A stretch of DNA of 64,000 bases from an uncultured Alphaproteobacteria bacterium (GTDB lineage Bacteria > Pseudomonadota > Alphaproteobacteria > UBA8366 > JADFVY01). The position numbers and the translations under genes are program-made. The notes under the pieces are model-generated. The model was not told the DNA's origin. It worked only from the letters and a program-made list of their open reading frames with translations, and searched no databases. This document shows positions 57,299 through 64,000 of the stretch, piece by piece. The stretch spans positions 74,404 through 138,403 of the forward strand of contig CAMYKU010000003.1 in assembly GCA_947259105.1 (NCBI GenBank), in the 5' to 3' direction. The stretch's first letter is position 1. The number at the start of each line of letters is the position of its first letter.

Positions 57299-57544
57299 CT
57301 ACCAGTAGAGCGGGCTGCAGGTCTGCACCTGGCCGGTCGCCGTCACGGCGCAGGTATAGTTCTTGCCTCGATATTCGATCAGCAACAGGAACCCCTGAAA
57401 TCCCTGGCTGGACGATGCCCGGATCTGTCCGCCCTGGACGATCGCAACCGCGTCCTGCCCCTTTACGGGCTGTTGCGCCGCGGCTGGGCCCGCCGTGTAT
57501 GCCATCACCAAAGCCAGCAAAATAGCCGAAATCATTGCACGCAT
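57299..57544 (-). CDS. Small secreted protein (about 81 aa, 2 Cys), hypothetical
   Basis: GGAGGAGG precedes the ATG. It has a signal peptide MRAMISAILLALVMAYTAGPAAA. The mature 58 aa ends CAVTATGQVQTCSPLYW. It is immediately upstream of the SCO1 gene. Confidence 0.45.
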   Translation of the reverse strand: MRAMISAILLALVMAYTAGPAAAQQPVKGQDAVAIVQGGQIRASSSQGFQGFLLLIEYRGKNYTCAVTATGQVQTCSPLYW

Positions 57545-57793
57545 GAATTCCTCCTCCTCACTGCCGGCGCACCGCCGCGCCAGGAAAACAGGATGTAATG
57601 TTGGCACCGCTTTGGCGAGCAATGTCAAGGTATGCTGAAAATTCGCTATAATGCGCGGCGTAACGCGCCGGCCAGCCGCAATCCACAGGTGGGCGAGCGC
57701 GCAGACGGAAACACGGTCGGCCACGCTTCGATGCGCGGGCAGCTACGGTGCGGCGAAACAGGAGACATCAATGCTGTCGTTTCAACCAGCCCT

Positions 57794-60700
57794 CTATGGA
57801 TCGCGACCGACCCGTGATGCCGACTCCAGGACGGGGCCCAGAGCCGCGTGCAGGCGCCCAAGAAGCTCCGGCAACAGGTCTTTTTGCTCATTCCCTGCCG
57901 CGGTTTCCACGAGTTCCGCCGCCGCCGACAGTTCGTTTGCCGAGAGGTTGCCGGCCATGCCCTTCAGGAGATGGGCGAGATCCCGAACGCGCTGAAGGTC
58001 CGCCTGGTCGAATGCCTCCTGAATTTCGTCCCCCACGCTGCCGTGTTTCTGGTGGAACTTGTGCAACAGTATCCCGAAGAACTCCCTGGTTATATCGAGC
58101 CGCTCGAGCGCACTCGCAACATCGATACCCGGAAGGTCGTCCGGAAGACTCCCGGTGCCGCTGTTTGCGGGCGCCGCAGATCCGGATGACGGACCATTCA
58201 ACTGCCGGTCTCGGGGCTTGATCCACTTGTTGAGCGCCGCGATGAGCCGGGCGACCTCCACCGGCTTGGGTACATGGTCGTCCATTCCCGCCTCGAGGCA
58301 ATCCCGCCGCTGTTCGGCGAAGGCGTGCGCGGTCATGGCAATGATCGGCAGATCCTTCAGATCCGGGTTTTCCCGGATCGCCCGCGTCGCCTGAAGGCCG
58401 TCCATCACGGGCATCTGCACGTCCATGAGAACAGCTTCGAAACGCGTCGGGTCGGCAGTGACCATCTCGACAGCTTCTTTGCCGTTGTTTGCGGTTTCGA
58501 CCACGAGGCCCGCGCGTTTCAAAACCGCTTGACTGACCTCCTGGTTAATTTCGTTGTCCTCCACAAGCAGAATGCGAGCGCCTTGAAGTTCGGGCCGCAA
58601 CTGTTTCGCGGATCGGGTCGCGTGGCCCACCGGGGAGGTCTTGACCGCATCCCCCCCCGAAACCGTGCCGAGGATCATGTCCGCCAATACGGGAATGTAT
58701 ACGGGTTTGGTGATGAAACTGCACCGCTCCACGCCCTCGACATTCGACCGCGACTCTTGCCCGCGCAGCATGAAGATCGTCTCAACTGGCCCCAGCTTGC
58801 CGGCGCGCATGATCCGGCGTGCGGTTTCGATACATCCCGATACCTGGGCGTTGCAGTCGACGATCAGGACATCACAGGATGGCCCTCCGTTTTCGGCGAT
58901 CCGATCGATTGCCGAAATGGCGGTCTCGGCCGAGTTCGCCGACTGAACCTTGATGCCCCATGCGGAAAGGCCGCCCGGAAGAATCTCCCGCGCCTCGCGG
59001 CTGCTCGTTACCAGCAGCACATTTGGCGCCGGTATTGTCGGGCGGACCGGCGCGGGCTGGGCCGCCGGCAAACCGAACTCAGCGGTAAAGCTGAATGTGC
59101 TGCCCTTCCCGGGTTCGCTCTTGAGGTCGATCACGCCACCCATCAGCTCGACGATGCGCCTCGAGATGACCAGGCCCAACCCGCTGCCGCCATATTTCCG
59201 CGTTGTCGAGCCGTCGGCCTGGACGAAGGCCTCGAACAGCCCGGACTGCACGCCCTCGTCGATTCCGATCCCGGAATCCTCGACCGAGAATCCAAGCGTT
59301 ACCCGCTTTTTCTTTCGGTCCTCCACCCATGCGCGGACTACGATACTGCCGACATCGGTGAACTTGACCGCGTTGTTCGTGAGATTGAGGAGAACCTGTC
59401 CCAGGTGAAGTGTGTCGCCGATCAGCATTCTGGGAAGGTCCGGAGCCGCCATGATGAACAGGTCGAGCTTCTTCCGTTCGGCCTCGGTCGCCACCATGGT
59501 CGACACGCTGCTCAGGGTATCGTTCAGATCGAACTCTGCCGATTCAAGCTCCAGCTTCCCGGTTTCTATCTTCGATATGTCGAGAATATTGTTGATGACC
59601 TCCAGGAGCGCTCGGGCCGCGGTCCGGGTCTTGTTCAGGTTGTCGGCCTGCTGCGGCGTAAGGTCGGTCTGCATCGTCAGGTCGATCAGGCCAAGGATGG
59701 CGTTCATCGGGGTGCGGATCTCATGGCTCATGTTTGCCAGGAATTCGCTCTTGGCGGCTGTTGCGTGCTCGGCACGGGATTTTTGCACGGCAAACGTATC
59801 GGCCAGGTCGCGAAGCTCGTGCGCTTGCTCTTCGAGAAGCTCCCGACTTGCTTGTAGCTCGTCCTCGATCAGTCTTCGTTCGTTGATGTCGTAAATCCAG
59901 GCGAGGTAACAATCCCCGGTATAGAGATCCGTCGGCATGAATGAGAGTAGCGCCCAAAAGGGAGAATCTCCCTTCCGCCGGAGATGAACCTCGACATTTT
60001 CCATCCCCTGGCCGGTTTTCAGGATTTCGACGATCTCGTCCCGGTCCTCGGGATTGACGTAGAAATCCTTCGCATTTGATCGGAAGTACTCGTCCTGCGA
60101 GAGGCCGAGCATCTTCAGCATTCGGGCATTGGCGAATACCGGGGTGCCATTCAGGGTTACGATGGAGATGCCCAGAGGACTCGACTCCAGTATCGACCGC
60201 AATCTGCGTTCGTTCTTTTGCAGCGTGTCTTCATCGGATTTTCGGTGCTCCATCATCTCGTTGTAGGCGTTGATCACTTCACCCAATTCATCCGGCGGGT
60301 CGAAGGCGGCCGGTTGGCGTCCGGCCAACGGCTGCGAGGTTCGGACCGCCTTTAGAAACTGTCCGAGCGGGCGGTTGACCACGTAATGGGTGGTCAGCGC
60401 GATGCTGGCGATAATCGAAGCCATGACGATGATCATCAGAATTGAGTAGTTGACTGAATTCTTGATCAGGATCGGTCTGGGGTCGACCTCTTCTGCGAAG
60501 ATCCGCAGCCGTCCCAGCTCGCGATTGACGAAACCCTCATTGGCGATGATGGGTATCTCGACGGACACGTAACTGTCGGGGCTTTCCCCCAACTGTCCGG
60601 CTGCAAAAAGAACCTCGCCGGCTGCATTCAGGAGCACGACCCGTTTGACCTGCGGGGCCGCGTGAATGTCGGAGAGGGAGTACGACATCATGACCTGGGC

Positions 60701-60943
60701 GGTGTACGGATTGCTGCTGCTCAAATGGGTAGCCAATGTCTCGCTGTGGGTCAGAGCATGGCTCCGCAGGAGGTCTCGCAGATGCTCCTCTTGCCAGCGA
60801 ACCTGCAGCGTTCCAACCGCTATCATCGTAGCCAGAGAGGCCAGGAACACGAAGGGCAGCGTGACCAGGAGGAATTTGCTGTTAATTGATTTCGCGATAC
60901 GCACGGTCGTTTTTACTCCTCTGCTCGCATGTATGCTGGCCAA
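57794..60943 (-). CDS. Hybrid sensor histidine kinase/response regulator (periplasmic sensor, HAMP, PAS, HisKA, HATPase_c, two REC domains, Hpt)
   Basis: The H-box is EFLANMSHEIRTPMNAILG. ATPase G boxes are present. REC domains appear around VLLVTSS... and ILLVEDNEINQ...LMDVQMPVMDG. A C-terminal Hpt (LHKFHQKHG...AHLLKGMAGNLSA) is present. Confidence 0.85.
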   Translation of the reverse strand: MASIHASRGVKTTVRIAKSINSKFLLVTLPFVFLASLATMIAVGTLQVRWQEEHLRDLLRSHALTHSETLATHLSSSNPYTAQVMMSYSLSDIHAAPQVKRVVLLNAAGEVLFAAGQLGESPDSYVSVEIPIIANEGFVNRELGRLRIFAEEVDPRPILIKNSVNYSILMIIVMASIIASIALTTHYVVNRPLGQFLKAVRTSQPLAGRQPAAFDPPDELGEVINAYNEMMEHRKSDEDTLQKNERRLRSILESSPLGISIVTLNGTPVFANARMLKMLGLSQDEYFRSNAKDFYVNPEDRDEIVEILKTGQGMENVEVHLRRKGDSPFWALLSFMPTDLYTGDCYLAWIYDINERRLIEDELQASRELLEEQAHELRDLADTFAVQKSRAEHATAAKSEFLANMSHEIRTPMNAILGLIDLTMQTDLTPQQADNLNKTRTAARALLEVINNILDISKIETGKLELESAEFDLNDTLSSVSTMVATEAERKKLDLFIMAAPDLPRMLIGDTLHLGQVLLNLTNNAVKFTDVGSIVVRAWVEDRKKKRVTLGFSVEDSGIGIDEGVQSGLFEAFVQADGSTTRKYGGSGLGLVISRRIVELMGGVIDLKSEPGKGSTFSFTAEFGLPAAQPAPVRPTIPAPNVLLVTSSREAREILPGGLSAWGIKVQSANSAETAISAIDRIAENGGPSCDVLIVDCNAQVSGCIETARRIMRAGKLGPVETIFMLRGQESRSNVEGVERCSFITKPVYIPVLADMILGTVSGGDAVKTSPVGHATRSAKQLRPELQGARILLVEDNEINQEVSQAVLKRAGLVVETANNGKEAVEMVTADPTRFEAVLMDVQMPVMDGLQATRAIRENPDLKDLPIIAMTAHAFAEQRRDCLEAGMDDHVPKPVEVARLIAALNKWIKPRDRQLNGPSSGSAAPANSGTGSLPDDLPGIDVASALERLDITREFFGILLHKFHQKHGSVGDEIQEAFDQADLQRVRDLAHLLKGMAGNLSANELSAAAELVETAAGNEQKDLLPELLGRLHAALGPVLESASRVGRDP

Positions 60944-60956
60944 CCCGGCACCATAA

Positions 60957-62411
60957 TCATTCCCTTGTCCGAGCCTGTTGGAAGCCGGCGCGCGTCATGC
61001 GGCCCCATTCCTTGCTGCCGCGCAGGAACTGCCAATAGCCGACGACTCGCCACAGATTGTTGATCTGGCGGTATCCGAAGTTCTCCAGGACGGCGATAAA
61101 TCCCAGCAATACCACGTGTCTGGCTTTCGGGATGCGCTTCAGTTCCATCTCTTCCAACAGCAGGGCGCCGACGCTGATCGTGATCCCCCACGCGAAGGTC
61201 AGCGCCAGGTAGGCCGCAAAGAATTCGGGGCTCAAAAAGCCGAAATACCAGGACACCGGGATCAGGAAATATCCGAGCACCTCTATGGGCGGTCCGATCA
61301 CATCGAACAGCAAGACGTATGGAAATCCGATGAGGCCGACCACGCCAAAGCGTGGATTGAAAAGCATTCGAATATGCTTGAAAAAGGATTCGAGTGCACC
61401 GCGCTGCCATCGTTTGCGCTGGCTGCCAAGCATACCAAGCCTCTCGGGCGCTTCCGTCCAGCACACCGGATCGGGAACGAAGCGAATGACGTAATCCTCG
61501 CCCCGTTCCCGCATATAGCGGTGAAGCTTGAGGATGATTTCCATGTCCTCGCCGACGGTGCCGTGCGAATAGCCGCCCGCCGCCAGGACGGCATTGCGCT
61601 TGAAGATCCCGAACGCGCCGGAGATCAGCATAAGGGCGTTGAACTCACTCCATGCCAGGCGCGCGATGAGAAACGCGCGTAGATATTCGACGATCTGAAA
61701 CAGCGGCAACAGGGTGTTTGGAAGTCCCACCGAAACCACGCGACCGCCGTGTACGGTACTGCCGTTGGCGATCCGGATCGTGCCCCCGACGGCGATGACC
61801 CGGTCCGGATCTTCGGAAAACGGCTGTACGGCCCGCAGCAGCGAGTCCGCCTCCAGAATCGAGTCGGCATCGACGACGCAAAACATCGGCAGACGCGACA
61901 TATTGATGCCGGCGTTGAGGGCATCGGCCTTGCCACCGTTCTCCTTGTCCACGACGATGAGGTTCGGAAAGTTGGGCGACCCGTAGACCGCCTTGATGGG
62001 CTGGTGCGGCACCTCTTCCTCGTAGACCCGGACAGTCGGCCGCAGGTCGTAGTTTTCGATCAGTGTCTGGAGCGTGGCATCGTTTGAGCCGTCATTGATG
62101 ACGATGATCTCGAAGCGCGGGTAGTGGAGCGCCAGCATCGACCGGACGTTGGCCACCACGGTGGCGTCCTCGTTGTAGGCCGGAACCAGAAGGGAAATTG
62201 GCAGGGATGTGTCGCTCAGCTGCCGCCAGGCGCGGACGGCGTTGGGAACCAGGCGCCAACGCCGCAAGACATTGAAGGCGAGTCCGAGCTGCAACATGGC
62301 GAGCAGATTCTGCATCGCGCCCGTGCCCAGGATGACGACGCTGGCCCACCACGCCGTCGCCGCCACGTAGGACGGCAGGGCATCGGTAGAAAGTGAGGAA
62401 AATACGCTCAT
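60957..62411 (-). CDS. Family 2 glycosyltransferase, processive beta-glycan synthase type (PgaC/NodC/HAS-like)
   Basis: The motifs LVPAYNEDATVV, IIVINDGSND, VVDKENGGKADALNAG, VVDADS and the processivity motif QRKRWQRGA (QxxRW) are present. The catalytic domain is flanked by N- and C-terminal TM segments. Confidence 0.85.
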   Translation of the reverse strand: MSVFSSLSTDALPSYVAATAWWASVVILGTGAMQNLLAMLQLGLAFNVLRRWRLVPNAVRAWRQLSDTSLPISLLVPAYNEDATVVANVRSMLALHYPRFEIIVINDGSNDATLQTLIENYDLRPTVRVYEEEVPHQPIKAVYGSPNFPNLIVVDKENGGKADALNAGINMSRLPMFCVVDADSILEADSLLRAVQPFSEDPDRVIAVGGTIRIANGSTVHGGRVVSVGLPNTLLPLFQIVEYLRAFLIARLAWSEFNALMLISGAFGIFKRNAVLAAGGYSHGTVGEDMEIILKLHRYMRERGEDYVIRFVPDPVCWTEAPERLGMLGSQRKRWQRGALESFFKHIRMLFNPRFGVVGLIGFPYVLLFDVIGPPIEVLGYFLIPVSWYFGFLSPEFFAAYLALTFAWGITISVGALLLEEMELKRIPKARHVVLLGFIAVLENFGYRQINNLWRVVGYWQFLRGSKEWGRMTRAGFQQARTRE

Positions 62412-63526
62412 GCCGCGGCACTCTCCTCGGCCAGGATCATGTCGGCGATGCTTGCCGACCGCCCGACCCCCATACGCGCGGTCTCCAGGGCGGTTCTGCC
62501 TTCACCCCCAATTGTCCTCAAGGCTTCGGCGGCCCGGAATCGGGGCCACCACTCGATGTCGTCCAGTCTTTCGCGAAGCAGGTGCACGGCCCTCGGCAGC
62601 GGGATGCGTCCGGCGCAGATTGCGGCCTCGGTACGGACCTCCCATGCGTCGTCTCGCAGTCCTTGCAGAACGGCTGGCTCAGCGTCGGGATGACCGATGG
62701 CGGCAAAGGCGCGCATGGCTTCGGCACGAACATCGATCGATGCCGAGCGGGCGTGTCGGGTGATTACCGCGACAGCCGAATAGTCCTGGGCGGTGCCGAG
62801 GGCGTAAATGGAAAGCGCGGTGACGAGATCGGGTGGATCGTTTTCAAGAAGCCGTATCAGTTCACCGGTGTTGTATGATGCAAAGATCCGGAAGATCTCG
62901 CGCAGCATCCGCGAGCGGATGGTAGCACCGATATCCAGCTTTCCGACCAGGTCGTCCACGGTCAGATTCGGTCCCAAGCTGACCAGGTTTCGCGCGGCCG
63001 CAAGGCGAACGTCCGGTTCCCGATCGTCCAGCATTCTGCGCAGGGCCTCGATGATTTCCGGGTCGGGAACCAGGGCAAGGGTCTCGATCGCGTTGATCCG
63101 TGTTTCGACGCGCCGGTGACGCAAATCCGCAAGGCAGATTTCCCGCGCCGCCGTGGTCCGCAACAAATCGACGAGACGCTCGCGCGTGCCCCCCCGAACA
63201 GAGCCCAGGAGGTCCTGCACGATGTCGCGCAGCAGACGAAGATCTCTGCGGAGCTGCGGCTTTCGCCGCCGTCCCTCAACGAGTCCTGCCGCCACCTTGT
63301 GCAGCACATTGAGATCGAAATTCCCGCAGATTTCCTTGATCCTGCGGTCGTCTACCGGTGCTTCCAGGTAGATCATCGCAAGAAGCATCAGGGCCTTTTT
63401 GCGTTCCTGCAGCCTGCGCTCGACACGGCCCTGATAGTGCCTCCGCACGATCAGGCCCGCCAACGTGACCAGCGGCACCGTCACCAGCGTGACGGATATC
63501 CACCAGATCGTTGCCAGCAGTGTCAT
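62408..63526 (-). CDS. HEAT-repeat (PBS-lyase type) domain membrane-anchored protein
   Basis: It has an N-terminal TM helix. Repeated ExxxRxxAxxALGxxG units follow (DPEIIEALRRMLDDREPDVRLAAARNLVSLG; DVRAEAMRAFAAIGHPDAEPAVLQGLRDDAWEVRTEAA). Its stop overlaps the GT2 start. Confidence 0.6.
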   Translation of the reverse strand: MTLLATIWWISVTLVTVPLVTLAGLIVRRHYQGRVERRLQERKKALMLLAMIYLEAPVDDRRIKEICGNFDLNVLHKVAAGLVEGRRRKPQLRRDLRLLRDIVQDLLGSVRGGTRERLVDLLRTTAAREICLADLRHRRVETRINAIETLALVPDPEIIEALRRMLDDREPDVRLAAARNLVSLGPNLTVDDLVGKLDIGATIRSRMLREIFRIFASYNTGELIRLLENDPPDLVTALSIYALGTAQDYSAVAVITRHARSASIDVRAEAMRAFAAIGHPDAEPAVLQGLRDDAWEVRTEAAICAGRIPLPRAVHLLRERLDDIEWWPRFRAAEALRTIGGEGRTALETARMGVGRSASIADMILAEESAAA

Positions 63527-63567
63527 TGCGGAAGCCTTTTCAAAAAACTGCGTTTGCCACCTTCCCG

Positions 63568-64000
63568 TCAGTAACGCAGGGTCAATGACACACCATAGAC
63601 ATTGCGGATGTATGAATTTTCGCGGTCTTCGCGTGCAAGATCGGCATTCAGGCGAACGCTTGGGGTCAGGTCGACCGCCAGCCCGCCGAAGACGCTTCGG
63701 GTATCGACGGTGAAACCGGCTTCGGTTTCCGGCGCGTCGCTCAGCCCACCGAACAGGCGAACTGGTGAGGCCACTTGCAAGTCGGCCCGCCCGTACCAGC
63801 CGGCCAGGCGCGAGTCGGTATCGCGGTCAAACGCGTTTATCCATTTGCCCGTAAGCCAGACGCGGCCGTCGAATCCGTATAGTACGATGCCCGGATCGGC
63901 GTTCTGGATCTCGCCCGCGGTATAGCTCTTGTGACGGAGGTCGGCCGTCAGCAGCAGCGGGCCGAACGGTCCGTGATCCTCCACGACGCGCACGTTGCCG
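63568..64000 (-). CDS. Probable outer-membrane beta-barrel protein (3' part only; the gene continues beyond the window end)
   Basis: Hydrophobic and polar residues alternate in beta-strand patterns, and the C-terminus is aromatic (...VYGVSLTLRY). It is the first gene of the operon containing the HEAT-repeat and GT2 genes. Confidence 0.4.
   Translation of the reverse strand, partial: GNVRVVEDHGPFGPLLLTADLRHKSYTAGEIQNADPGIVLYGFDGRVWLTGKWINAFDRDTDSRLAGWYGRADLQVASPVRLFGGLSDAPETEAGFTVDTRSVFGGLAVDLTPSVRLNADLAREDRENSYIRNVYGVSLTLRY

Noticed and set aside
58274-59857. 527 aa + strand ORF
   Set aside because: It is antisense to the hybrid histidine kinase, which carries unmistakable H-box, ATPase and REC motifs on the minus strand.
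60978-62087. + strand ORFs inside the GT2 gene
   Set aside because: They are antisense shadows. The minus-strand frame carries the complete GT2 catalytic motif set including QxxRW.
1-64000. Search for CRISPR arrays, tRNA or rRNA genes, and mobile-element genes
   Set aside because: I found no regularly spaced direct repeats, no cloverleaf-compatible 70-90 nt segments with conserved T-loop GTTC and CCA context, and no transposase, integrase or phage structural protein signatures. The only repeat-like structures are the palindromic elements reported above.

Overview
This 64 kb window is high-GC (about two thirds G+C) chromosomal DNA with alphaproteobacterial-style gene content. I count about 55 plausible protein-coding genes. 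I see no rRNA, tRNA, CRISPR array, transposase or integrase. Because of the GC content, almost every real gene has long antisense shadow ORFs in the six-frame track, so calls rest on recognisable protein motifs, operon logic and signal peptides.

The most unusual region is 1-10245, an eight-gene co-directional minus-strand cluster. Two paralogous TauE/SafE-type anion exporter genes bracket a patatin-like phospholipase gene and a tandem array of five paralogous polytopic membrane proteins from a family I cannot place. The family falls into two subtypes arranged A-B, A-B, B, and all five share a four-cysteine C-terminal domain ending ...PGGYCTxxGELAxxYQG. The same element (GGYATAA-N6-GTTAACSG on the + strand) sits 70-120 nt upstream of the first gene of each apparent transcription unit. 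A Crp/Fnr regulator is encoded divergently, beyond a 276 bp palindromic MITE-like element.

The rest of the window reads as follows:
- A miscellaneous stretch: a YHS-like secreted protein, a GNAT acetyltransferase, a gamma-glutamyltransferase, a metallophosphoesterase and an amidase.
- A gene fusing a ribosome hibernation factor (HPF/RaiA) domain to a cold-shock domain, followed by a 110 bp perfect nested palindrome before apt.
- An Mla-type lipid ABC module (STAS-MlaE, MlaF, MlaD, auxiliary lipoprotein).
- A class III aminotransferase plus 3-keto-5-aminohexanoate-cleavage-family enzyme, linked to three tandem TAXI solute receptors, a fused TRAP permease and UspA.
- A flotillin-like SPFH protein.
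- A stand-alone FGE/SUMF1-domain protein.
- A sugar ABC transporter of the CUT1 type.
- An RlpA-family lytic transglycosylase.
- A GntR-regulated catabolic module: a FAD/Fe-S 2-hydroxyacid oxidase and a class V aminotransferase flanking a shared control region, followed by DctPQM, a crotonase and a family III CoA-transferase. The divergent control region carries three copies of an ATTGCATACAAT palindromic box.
- A methyl-accepting chemotaxis protein and a sensor histidine kinase.
- A PilZ-domain protein fused to a SAM-dependent methyltransferase, with a roughly 500 bp AT-rich island upstream.
- An SCO1/SenC copper chaperone with a small cysteine-containing secreted protein.
- An exopolysaccharide-like operon at the window end: an outer-membrane beta-barrel protein (partial), a HEAT-repeat membrane protein, a GT2 processive synthase and a hybrid histidine kinase/response regulator.
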